A stretch of 32,510 bases of DNA. It comes from Klebsormidium nitens. Taxonomy: Eukaryota > Plantae > Klebsormidiophyceae. The position numbers and the translations under genes were made by a program. The notes below the pieces were generated by a model. That model saw only the letters and a list, made by a program, of their open reading frames with translations, was not told where the DNA came from and did no database searches. This document shows, piece by piece, positions 1 to 11,916 of this stretch. How positions within the stretch are numbered: position 1 is the stretch's first letter; every line of letters starts with the position of its first letter. The stretch spans positions 1 to 32,510 of the forward strand of contig DF237742.1 in the NCBI GenBank assembly GCA_000708835.1, written 5' to 3'.

Positions 1-5
1 CTTAC

Positions 6-74
6 TTGTTTCGAGTAACTTTGGACGGCTCGATCGACGCCGTCGGAAGCTCCGATCTCTTCTTGAGCGATCAT
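6..74 (-). CDS. Possible first coding exon of a gene divergent from starch synthase, continuing off the left edge
   Basis: Minus strand reads ATG(74) MIAQEEIGASDGVDRAVQSYSKQ, then a phase-0 GTAAG donor at 5-1. No homology recognised; based only on ATG, open frame and donor. Confidence 0.25.
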
Positions 75-315
75 ATGGATGGCCAAGATACGCCGAGAGC
101 TCTGCAATGGCCCTGAGCTCGCCAGGTGTCCGAGGAAGGAACTGATGGTCAGTGTGGAGCGCCAGCGCAATGCTGATTCCTGCCGGCGCCGGCCAGCACT
201 GCAGATGGCAGCAGTGAAAATATCAAACGTCGGAGCAGACTGCAAATCAGCATTCTTTTGAAGGGAAAAGGGTGGAGGAAGGCACACCGCAGGGAGCTGC
301 AAGGGGGCCTTTACA

Positions 316-3300
316 ATGGAGTGCGTCGCCCTGAGCTCGCGCTGCTGTCAGGTCCTCGCTGCGACGCCTTTCTCGCGTCGGTCTCAATCTCGCGCACCTG
401 CTCGATACACAATCCCATTCCCCACTTCATCTGCATTCCACAGGAACCTGCTGCAGATTACTGTCCCTCACCCAAGGCACAACGCTTCGTCGAGCAGAAA
501 AGGGATTGTGGCCACACTTGCTGAAGAGGAGAAGCCCAATGCAGGGCCGTGGTCTGTGAGGAACGACTTTGACAAGGACTATGTGCTGGTTTCGGAGGAT
601 GCCGATGAGATCGCAAAGGAGATCGAGAAGGTGGAGCAGGAGAATGCCCTGCTGAGGAGTAGGCTGGCGGACGTTGACAAGCATGCAAAGGAGACAGCTG
701 AGGACAGGAAAGACAGGATTGATGTGGACCACCCTAGGTTGGATGCGCGCCCGCCACAGGGGCAAGAAGAGCAGGCCGTGTCTGAGCAGGCCGTGTCCGA
801 GCAGGTCACATCTGAGCAGGTCGTGTCTGAGCAGGCAGTGGCCGCACCACCCGCACCCCAGGAGAGCGCACCTCCAGGTAGATCTCGTTGGCCAACCAGT
901 TGCTTCCTGCTTATCATCATCTTCTCTAGGCGCTACCTGTTTCACAAACCTCTCACATTTGATGCACCAGTTTTGTCGCTGGTTTCTGCGGCGGTCGATG
1001 TTGCACTTTCTTCTGCTCTTGGTAGATTGTGATTACTGAACTAGTAGTAAGCTCATGCCATCTTAGGGCTGTGATTGCCACTGGACACCAGCAGATCTGA
1101 TCTGACAGATCTTACTGCAATGCCAATGGTTACATCTGCATGTAATTTGGGCAAGCGCCCGGTCTACCTCCTATGTAGTCGGCGACGGTGAAGTTGTTTA
1201 CTTCGATCTTTGGCATACCAGTCTGGCAGAAGTCTTGGCTGAAGGGGAGGTTGCTTGGTGCTGGGGTTGACATTGGAGTTGCCGGCTTGGATGTGAGTTG
1301 AAGGCTGAAAGTGCAGATCTGATAAATTTGGCCGATCAGATCAAAGAAAGTGAGTGGCGCCTCTCGGACATCCAATTGCCGAGTTAAGGAAACCCTCGTT
1401 TGAAGTTCGTTGTGGTGTTGATTAGGTTTCGTTACAAGGGCAGCTTTCATTCACATGCTGCAGAGCATTTGTATGCCACTGCAATTGGGAAGCTGTTATT
1501 CCCTACTTAATGGAACATTCTTAGTTAGCTTGCGGCAGCTTTTGTTCCTGACGATTCAGTTTCTTTGATCTCTAGAAGCATCTGCAACTTTTCTCGAGCG
1601 ACAACAAAGACGTTTGAGTAAACTCCAACAATGCTTTATGTAGAGCAACCGAAGGGACGACCTGGCTGCTAATTATTGCAACTGTTGAATGCTTCAGCAG
1701 CAGATGTGCCAATGATCCTAAAATAAGCGCCCGTCACTGACTTAGCAATTTTGCAGAAAAGCAAGCGACTTTCTACTGTTTTGCAATCTTGGCGGTCGCC
1801 CGCTTTGTTCTCCAGATGGGAAGCAGTGTACCAGCGTTTCTATGAATGCTGTTGCTCCAGCAGCATGGTTGAGATGTTACGCTAGTTTCTTGAAATTGAC
1901 TAACTGATTGTAATCTCTTGTGGGGGATTTTGTGGGCCTGGATTTGGAACAGTGTGCTGCTGAGTTTCTCAGGCATAGGCCTGTCCAGGTAGTAAAGTAA
2001 GTTTCTTATTGCACGTTGGAAGCAGGAATATTTAACAACCCCTGACACAATGGTAATCTCAGATGAAGTCTAGAAGGAGAGTGTCTAGCTGCGTACATCA
2101 CACTCCTTCAGGATATGAGTCCTTTGCAGAAACCTTCTAACGTGTCTCCTTACCAACCTTCTAAAAGGAACGTCTACATTTCCATACACATGAACATATT
2201 CCTATCCGCCTTTCAATGTTGCTGCTTGGCAACCCTCCGGCTCTTATCTTGGCCCCAATTGATTCTCCACTAGGTCATCATTTGCAAGGCTTTGTCTCTC
2301 GCAGGCCCCGCCTCGTCTCCGCCAGAGAAGGCCCCTGAGCAGAGCCTCGAGCAATCCACCCTCGCACGCATCCAGCAAAAAGACAAGACCGCCAAGGCCG
2401 AGAACCCCATCAGCATCGTGTTCGTGACGTCGGAAGTTGCGCCCTACTCCAAAACGGGGGGGCTCGCTGATGTCATCGGCTCGCTCCCCCCCTCTCTGGC
2501 GGCGCGGGGGCACCGAGTCATGGTTGTCTCCCCCCGCTACATGAACGGCGTGACGGACCATCTTTACAAGGGCGCACTGGATGCAGACACGAGGATCCAG
2601 ATTGGGTGCTTTAACGGGTCGCACGAGGTGGCGTTCTTCCACGAGTACAAGGACGGGGTCGACTGGGTGAGTGGGCTTTAGTACTCCCTTTTCGTTTGAA
2701 TCAGTTATGATTCGACCCGTGGTGGCGCATCTGCACGAGCGGAGATACACATTCAAATGACTCAGGGGACGTGCTGAAGTCCTCCAGACTCCCTTTTACA
2801 TTGTTGAGGTGATGTGGCCTCTGGTTGTTGAAACGGGTAAAGGATGGGATGCGTGCATGATGGTATACTTGTTGGAATAACCAGGGGTGAAGAAGTGGTG
2901 AAGGAGAGGACTTGTTCTTTGAAGACTGTCACAATGCCACTGTGTCGACCAAGCTGAGGACCCGCATAACAGTGACATTGTCTATCGCTGGTCCCGTCGC
3001 GGAGGAAGGAATCCGCTTTTAGAGTCAGGGCTTTGGACGAAGCAGAGCTGAAAATCAGTAGCAATCCAATAGTACAAAGATCTGATCAGTCTTCAACAAA
3101 GAGAAAGCTCTGGGGCAAGCCCGACCACTAAACCCAGTTATGCAGAAATGAAAGACTTCGACTTTTTCCATCAACCTGTTGTCCAATTATCTCGAAGTCA
3201 GTCTGATAAGGGTAGTTTGTTGTCTGTGCAGGTCTTTGTTGACCACCCCTCTTACCACAGGCCAGGCAACCCCTACGGCGACACTCGTGGTGCTTTTGGA

Positions 3301-6300
3301 GACAACCAGGTAGGCTCTATATTGGACTTGCATGTAGCCAGAAGGTGATTGATATTATGCAGCTCTGCTGGCTTCACAAGATGGAGGGATGACGTGTCAA
3401 AGATTCTCTCCGCTTTGGATGACCAGCAGCTACGTTTCCGAAACCTGATTACAAGGTTGCGGCAAACGTTCGACGTAGGAAGCGCGAAGCTGTACCTCTT
3501 GCCTCAACCGGCTGAGGTCCGGCTTCAATCCTGTAGTTCTGATCCGTGACAGTAATCGTTATTCTTCCATGAGCTAGCAGAGCTTCCAAGATTGAGAGCT
3601 AGAGTGAACAGGAGGATCGTCCTGAATCTTCGACAGTCGTCCTTCTCACCTACCTTCTTTTTTGTTTACTTAGATCCGTATTGCTTCCCTTTCGCAGTTC
3701 CGCTTCACCCTGTTGTGCCTGGCCGCCTGCGAGGCCCCGCTCGTCCTTCCTTTCGGTGGCTACACGTACGGAGAGAAGGTCCTCTTCTTGGCCAACGACT
3801 GGCACGCCAGTCTGGTGCCTGTGTAAGTCAGACATCCAAGCTTCCCTCCTAGTTTCTTAGAAGGGTCGCGATTTGATGGATGTCTTCCAAAAATTGGACA
3901 GTGTCAAGGATTTGACATCTGACAACTTCGGACGGCAGTCTGATGACAACGTGCATCGCGGTAAAGAAACTCGAATGAGTGGGTCAACACGTAGTGGTTA
4001 GATGCTTATTCATGAGGACCTAAGTAGCAAGTCGAGAAGAGTCACAGGAGCCGTTCCTTTTGAGCCTAAGAGAGCGTCTCTATTGTCATTCCACTGCCAT
4101 GCGTTGGAGTGGTCTGTTGAGGCGGTCAGAGAAAGGAGACGAGCAGTGGCATACGGAGGCATATGCGGCGGGCCTGGACTGATGGCTCTAGAATCCCGGC
4201 AGGCCTGAGATCTCGAAAGGCAATGCGCGCAGTTTGGCTGTACACAAGGCGTACCAAAACAAAGATCCACCGTTTTCGTTCGAAGAATGCACCGCTGGTT
4301 AAGGGTTTACCTGAAAGTGTACTGCCCGTGGTTGCCAGGTATGTCGCCGCGAAGTACCGCCCCTATGGAGTGTACAAGGACGCCCGCACCATCCTCGCTA
4401 TCCATAACCTGTCCCACCAGGTGAGGCCCTTTTGCACCTCTGGTTTTCGTATGAAGGTAATGCTCGTCAAGAATAAAGCGGGGCACTGGAACCCCACACC
4501 TAACCGCACATGTGTCAAAAGCGTCTGCGTTACCTTGATCGCCCTTAACCTTAAAAGGATCATTTGCAAGCTTCTTACTTTCTCACCTGCGCCGGGGCCT
4601 TCCTTTCGGCAATTGGGATCGCCTGCTGCGAAGCAACGGACCCACAGTAATAACCAGAAACACGGGACGTGCCCTTGGCTTAAGACGCGGGAGTGGAGTG
4701 CGGCCAACTTTTCAGTGCACGGGCGTCTTCTAAATCTGACTCAATGAATCTGAGTCTCTGAAATCTGACTCTCTTGAGTCTGACTCACTGAATCTGGCTT
4801 TCTCAAATCTGACTTCACCTTGTCTGCAGGGCGTCGAGCCCGGTGTGACGTTCAGCAACCTGAGCCTCCCCTCCGAATGGTACGGCGCGCTTGAGTGGGT
4901 GTTCCCCGAGTGGGCCCGCAAGCACGCCTTCGACAAGGGCGAGGCGGTGAACCACATGAAGGGGGCCATCGTCACGTCCGACAGGCTCCTGACAGTCAGC
5001 CAGGTGCGCACCCCTTCCGTTGAAGACCATTTGGTCCAAAATTGGTGGTGCCTTAATTGAGTCTGTAAGCTGTGTTTGTAAGCTGTGTTTGAAGGGTCTA
5101 TTTTGGCAAGAAGCTAGGTCTCTCGCCATGTACGGCCGCAGACGGCCATCATTCTGCCCGGTATCGATGCTAATGTTTGTAGTCTATGCTCGACGGGTCG
5201 AGTACCCTTCGAAAGCTAGATTCTTTGTCTCTGATGGTTTCGCGACAATCTGCTGGACAAACACTTGATATGCCCACGATCAGTAATCTTCTTCCATTGA
5301 TCCTATGAACCTCGGGTTTTCAGCCTTGAGCATCTATTGCCTGAAATCAATTAGCCTGAAATCGATTAGATTGGCCGCTACAGGACGTGTGCTGGAACGG
5401 ACAACACTTGCATGAAATGTTGATCGGTCTTCCGCGGTGTGCGTTGGTTGGACTTGGGTGTGGTGCGGCTAGGACGGCAGTGGGCGTCCTGAATGCTTCG
5501 TAAGGGAACCGAATAGTGCGCCTTTCATTGGCCCAGTTAAAAAGCTCTTGGCTGGCTTCTCCAGGGGTATGCTTGGGAGATCACCACTCCGGAAGGCGGC
5601 TGGGGTATGGACGGCCTCCTGCGCAGCCGAGCATCAGTACTCAACGGTGAGCGCGATAGCATGGCGTTCTTTGCACGTTTTCCTCTTTCAAGTCCCTTCT
5701 TCGGTCTCTGTCCCTCTTGCTAGCTTTCAGAAGAAGCAGAATCTGGGACAACGCGTTTAAGCGGGTTCGTAACCTCGAAGACGTAGCCACAAGTTATCCC
5801 TAAGCAGCACAGGTTTCAACGCATCGTTGTCTTTAAAGTGCTGCAGCTCCGCGCTCGTGAATCCGTTCTTGCATTCCCTCCCAATATCCCCTCGTTTTCC
5901 AGGAGGAATCGATCCTGAATCTAAATGAGTTGACCGCTCTTAGTCCTTATCCACGTCCCAATTTCGATACTCTAGTTTTTGGAACAGCGTGATGGGAGTC
6001 GCCGTCTTTCCAGAGTCTTTCCAGAGTCGTCTCAGGAAAGCGTTTAGACGAGTCTTCCTTCGACCTGCAGGCATCACGAACGGGGTGGACATTGACGACT
6101 GGAACCCAGCGACAGACAAGCACATTGCGTCACAGTACACCTTGGAGGATCGGTCTGGAAAGGTGGGAGACGGTTTGCGTGCTCTTACAGCATCCCGGGT
6201 GTTCACCTCCTTTTCAGACTTGTGTGCCACTTAACCATGTGACCCGGGTAGTTCTCGACGAGAGGCACTGTTTAGACTGTCGACCAAGCAAGTCGACTGA

Positions 6301-9300
6301 GTGCAAATTCGTCGTTTCAATGGAACCCCTTTCTTAGCACGGAAATCTCTGAAAAAATCTCGGAGAAAATTGGGTTTGTCTAACAGAAGACGATCATCAC
6401 ATGGTGAGGGGCAGTGAAGATGCAAGTTTGCAGCCATTTGCATTCTTAACCTTCTACTTCACCCACATTAATGCAAACGAAGTGAATGTGCAGGCGGAGA
6501 GTAAGGCGGCACTGCAAAAGGAGCTGGGCCTACCGGTCCGACCGGATGTGCCTTTGGTGAGTGGTCCGAACGATTGTTGATGCTCCACTGCAGGATTTTC
6601 ACGCCTGCAAATGTTGTTGGAAGGACTTTTTGTCTCGCCGTCCTTGCTCAGAAGATCATCCACTGAAAGGGAACCAATCGTTTGACGGGCTCGGTAATAT
6701 TTGATGTTTGGTTCCCTGTTCACAATGATAAGTGAAGCCTGTATCATATTGTCTGACGTCAGGCCCTGATCCGCATACTTAAACGACGTCGGTCCACTGT
6801 TCCTTCCTGAAGGCCGGGCTGAGGTTCAAAGTGTGTCTGGAGTCAACATCCTTCCTGATCACAGTGATAGCCAACAATATGTGTTGGATGCAACACGACT
6901 CAGGGCTACAGCTTTACCAGTACCTCAAGTGTTGCAAGTGAGGTATGGCAAGAAAGTGGAAGGTCTCTTAGTCGGCGACGACCTTGCAGCCCCTGACTGT
7001 CCTCATGATACTACCAGAGATTACCTCTGTCCTTTTTAGAATCCCGCATTGATGTCGCCCTTGTTACCTTCTTGCAGATTGGTTTCATTGGGCGGCTAGA
7101 TTATCAGAAGGGGCCCGATCTCATCCAGGCCGGCCTTCCAGAGCTGATGACCGACGACGTCCAATTTGTGAGTGCTCCCACCTATGTTCAGTCTTCTTCG
7201 CCTGGCTTGTTGATCGGAATGCAGGAAGCTCCAATGAAGCACGCAGAGGTGTCGGAGAGCTCAATGTTCATGCCTTTCAAAATCTGTCAGAAGCAGTCCT
7301 TGCTCGCCACCAAATTCAGCATGCTTTGAATCCTCCTCGTAATATGGACGTCGTGCGAGGAGCTTGCAGGCAGGGCATGTGTTCGCAAAGCGACTTCCCA
7401 GAATTGCGTGAGACTTGGAAGCTCGACTTTCTCGTGAAGGCTCGAGCCCTGAACCCTCGTTGGCTTTTGATAGAGAATGTATAGGGGGCGCAAAAACCGT
7501 CCCATTGATACATTGAACAATAAGCCCCATGAACACCGAGAAGACAGTGTTGACACAGGTTGGGTTGCTTCACAGGGTGTGGGTGCAGAGCGCGTCGTGT
7601 TTGCGTTAGGTGCTTGGTCAGGTTGAGGGTTTACTGTTTACCGGGCTTGCTGTTCCCCAAACCGAGAAATTCATTATGCGAAATCTGTGTTCAGGTGATG
7701 CTGGGGAGCGGGGACACGGCCATCGAGTCATGGATGGCGTGGGCGGAGACCACGTACCGGGACAAGTTCCGCGGCTGGGTCGGCTTCAGCGTGCCGGTGG
7801 CGCATCGAATCACAGCAGGGTGAGTGTCCGCTGATCCGATTCAGCTGCTTAAAGCGGGAGACAGCAACTAGGGATTACGGCGAGTCCACTTCGTTGTTAA
7901 GCGGCTTTGGTCGCACCAAAAGTACATTCTGGAGCAGTGACTCGGCGACCATTTACGTGGGGATTGAGCGTTTAAAGTCGCCAAAACGTTGGAGATCCGG
8001 AGATGCCCTTTCTCAGGTGGCCAGGGGGTGCTTGAAGTTGCAGGAAGGGTTTGACAGGGCAGTCGGCTTGCAGCAGACAGAGCTGCCTTTCGGGATTCCA
8101 AGCAAGAGTGTCGCGGCCCGGCAGCTTATGACCGGTAGTAGCAGCGTTTGCGAGCAGCTACTTGAGCGATGGCTATCCACGCTCCAAATGTCCCGACAGG
8201 TTCTGCTGCCGTCGTGCTGATTTCAAGAACATCTGCATTTGGAAAAGTTCGACGGACTTGCCGGAGTGTGCTTGAATCTGGTGGCGCACAAGGGCAGTTA
8301 CCCGCTTGGCGTTTTGGCATGTCGGCGAGTCCTTCCACGCTACAAAAGTAACATCAGACAATCCAAGGTGCCAAAAATTCGGACGCTGACGTGTTCTGGA
8401 CCAAACCGTCGGATCTCCCAACTTTTGATGCGTTCTAGTGTTGACGACTTGGTTCTTGATTTCGCTTCAGGTGCGACATTCTCCTGATGCCGTCCCGGTT
8501 TGAGCCGTGCGGCCTCAACCAGCTGTATGCCATGCGGTACGGAACGGTGCCGGTTGCGCACTCCACTGGCGGGCTCAGGGTAAGGGTTTCGATGTGCTTT
8601 TGTTCTATGGTAGCCAAATGATTGAAATGTTTAACGTCAGCTTCCGCAGATTCGTTCAAACAACAAGCCTTCCCTGCGAGCAAAAGTGGTTGCTTCAGTG
8701 GGCCTGTTTGAGGGGGGGGCCTGTATAGCATCTTTTGGCCAAAAAAGGTGAAATATATGCAGTCCGGTTGGATGCCCTTCTTGCCAAAATGGCAATTGGA
8801 GAGTTTCTTTTGGAACATGATTTCGTGGGGGTAGATTGCAACTCTTACCATGCCTTCAAAGAATGTCGGTGCGATCTCAAGTGGTCGAAGATACTTTCAT
8901 TGCGTGCTAGAGCTAGAACAGCGTACACAATTCCCTGAAGTCGCCACACGTTCCCTACTTGCATGCTTCTGCATTTACGTTCCTTTGCTGAGCCCCTGTC
9001 CACGCGCAATCGTTGCCTGGACGTTTCTCCCCACAGGACACGATTCAGGACTTCAGCGCTCTCGCAAACAACAAACAGGGCTCTGGAACAGGGTAGCTCA
9101 TCCAAACCTTTTTCTGTTTTTCAACACTCCTTCGGGAGATCTTTATCCCTTTCCACGAATCCTTCGTCACTGGGTTTGCTGCTGGTGCTGGCACGCAGGA
9201 CACGATTGAGACTTACAATCCGTTCGGCAGTGGTCGGGGAGGGTCAGGGACCGGGTAAGCTCTTAACCGTACACGTAACCCTTGGATTGCTCGCATATCT

Positions 9301-10696
9301 GTGGTCGTTGGTAGGGTTACCGGGATGCCAAGGTTCTGGGCCAACTCAAAACAAGGCCGGTGATAAGCCTCGCTTTCGCTTGTGTGCCTGATTACAGTTC
9401 AGCGCACTGTTACATGCGCAGTTTGAAGTCCAATGGTACCCGACATATAAGCGGCAACAACCAAGCTGCAGAAATAAAAGGGTCTAGTTCCGAATGACGT
9501 CAGTTCGCTTTCGTACGAGATATTAAGCCTGGGCTTCTCAATTAATTGCTGTCGGTTTCTTCAAGCATTTCTTTCCGGCTCACCCAAGGGTCTGTCCAGA
9601 GTCTTGTTGAGCACTTGTGCCGGGCGACCTAAGGCACGTTCAAGCTGCCACGCGGTTCGATCATTCCAAGAAGGCAACTGTGTTAAAAGCTGTTGCCGCA
9701 AGGAAAGACAAAAGTGCGTGCACAAACGCATTCGCTTGCTCCAACAGTAAAGAGAGACCTGGGTCTTCTTTAAATCTGGCTTCACAGCCTGGTTTTCACA
9801 GCTTCCGTGTTTGGCAGAGCCTGAATCAGGTTAAGAGGCGCATCGAGTGTCGGTCAAGGAAGCAATCAGGTCGTCCAGCTTTCTGATAGTATCAATACCC
9901 TAGCTATATGGGTGGGTACTGATGTTTTCCTCTCCAAGGCTTCTCTTTACCCGAGCGCCCCTTTGACTATGTACTTACGTCTGCCGCAGGTGGACGTTTT
10001 CGCCTTTGACTAAGGAGGCCATGATGTCGGTAAGTTCACCCAGTGATTCTCCCTAAGTGACATCAGCTTTTCGTGGAGACAAACCATGTTACAGACAAGA
10101 GACAATAATGCCGACGTCTTTTGAACTCACTGGACCTCTAGACTATCACCTGGGGCGCCTTGCAGCTACGTCTTCGTGCCTTTCTATTATGGTCAGGAAT
10201 GTTTGCAACCCTTAGAACTTTCCATCCGCGGATCTCGAACGTCTTCATTGCAGAAGCCGATGCTCTCGCTAGTTTCGTTATACGATGCACAACGGTCATC
10301 ACGCTCGTCTCAACTCAAGTCAAGATCGTTTGGAGCCTGTCTAGATCTATAGTCCTGAACAGATCGTGCATTTCAACGGTCTAATTGTGACAAAAGCCTC
10401 CGGATCCAATCCTTTTCGTTTTTCTATGGCAGCAAAGACAAAATGAACTTATCTATCTCGACGGCTTCTACTCCTCAAGTATGGGAGTCCCTCGTACACT
10501 ACACAGCAATAACAAGCTCGTTCCGCTTTCCGCTCTGCAGGCGCTGTGGACCGCCATCTTCACGTACCGGAATCACCCCGAGTCCTGGGAGGGCATCATC
10601 GAGCGCGGCATGGAGCAGGACTTCTCCTGGAACCGGGCTGCGCTCCAATACGAGCAAGTCTTTAACTGGGCGATGATGGACCCCCCGTATGCATAG
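316..10696 (+). CDS. SS1: Soluble starch synthase I (GT5 family), chloroplast precursor, 15 exons, 731 aa as assembled
   Basis: Exons 316-877, 2305-2666, 3232-3309, 3698-3822, 4339-4420, 4830-5003, 5565-5646, 6071-6162, 6494-6556, 7078-7167, 7695-7819, 8471-8579, 9199-9254, 9990-10029, 10541-10696; all GT-AG and phase-consistent (2196 nt). Motifs: [15 protein letters not shown] (KXGGL), [72 protein letters not shown]-terminal MDPPYA typical of plant SSI. S/R/A-rich N-terminus resembles a transit peptide. Confidence 0.95.
769..843 (+). repeat. 15-bp coding tandem repeat, 5 copies ([25 protein letters not shown]), in the SS1 N-terminal extension
   Basis: gagcaggccgtgtct / gagcaggccgtgtcc / gagcaggtcacatct / gagcaggtcgtgtct / gagcaggcagtggcc, read directly. 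Confidence 0.9.
4731..4817 (+). repeat. Degenerate 14-16 bp tandem repeat, 6 units with core RRTCTGAC, at the 3' end of SS1 intron 5
   Basis: taaatctgactcaa / tgaatctgagtctc / tgaaatctgactctct / tgagtctgactcac / tgaatctggctttct / caaatctgacttca, immediately before the acceptor AG at 4828-4829. Confidence 0.75.
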
Positions 10697-11916
10697 GAGC
10701 CCAGGACCGTATGCATAAGAGCATGTCACAGTCAGGCCTACGGTGTGTTGATGAAGAAGTGTGTTTTTGCGATCTCGGAGTGAGTGACGCCACGGTTTTG
10801 GAGGTATTTTTAAGTACAGAGAGGTGCATGTTTCCATAAGGTGCCGGCTTCCGGTTCGGCAAGTAGACAGGGAATTTAGATGTCGAAGCTCCTTGTCTGC
10901 TCCAAGTTAAGCTGTCCTGGTCGGTTCCAGTCAAATCAACCTGAAGGCAATGTCTGCCAGTCAGTTTCTGGCCGGGGACTCCTAGAACATCTTGAAGGTT
11001 TCCTGCACTTGTAAGCTTGCGGATGCTGACACGATCCAAACCTCTCGTCTAAGCGAGACCTTAAGTTGGTTGGCCGGATGCTGTTGGGTCATGCGGTAGA
11101 ATGCGACGAGTTGCACTATGCAGAGCCAGCCCCAACGTTCATGTTAAATTCTAAACAACTGCTCACATACGTCATGATCAAATGTCTTCAGCTACCTCCT
11201 TAAGCCGGTCGAACTTGACTACAATGATGAGCGGCCCGCGCGTGCCGCTTCATGGTTGCATCATGCATGGCGCCTACTAATGGCAGCTCGAGCCCGGCCT
11301 GTGTCACCCGGCGAGTCCATCGGTTGATGATCGATTCCGCGAGTTTCTCAAGAAAATGGAAAACTTGAAATCGAGACCAGCGCAATGCCGAGTTGTACAG
11401 CCTGCCAGCCATGATCGATTTCAGTCGACATGCATCCGGTTGCATTGCGCTTGATGATATCCACATGGTGGCGGCATGTGTTTTTAGCAATCACGGTATG
11501 CATGTGTACATGTCACGATGGCAGACAGTGACGAAATTGATGATCGTGTTAAAAATCAGCAACTCTTTCCTGTTCTGCGCCCAGCGTGGCCCACTTGCTG
11601 ATATGTCCTTTCCAACGGTGTCGAATTGTGTTTCGAGTCCACGGCTTTGGTAAGGTAAGTCGTGGACGGTGCTGCAACGGCATGTTGAAAGTTCCTAATC
11701 AAACATACATTGATAGATTTGTCATGCGCTGAATTACATAGCTCAAGACACAAACAGCTTGTTACAAGAGACGCATGCGCAAGTAACATAATTTGCTGGC
11801 AGACGCGTTGCAATGTGGACTGAAAGTCGATGCATGAAATTAAGGCCGTAAAAGGCCGCAAGGGGACTTCTACAGCTCAGTCGCGTTAAAAAAAGGGCTT
11901 GCAGATCAAGCTTGTA

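Noticed and set aside
427-945. Antisense ORFs over SS1 exon 1 and other SS1 exons (2244-2756, 10499-10837 and similar)
   Set aside because: Shadows of GC-rich coding sequence on the opposite strand; no motifs.
1130-2048. Minus-strand ORFs inside SS1 intron 1 (1130-1450, 1773-2048) as a nested gene
   Set aside because: No recognisable domain and no consistent splice or start signals linking them.
3349-3549. Protein-like short ORF in SS1 intron 3
   Set aside because: Only 66 aa, a non-ATG start and no homology recognised.
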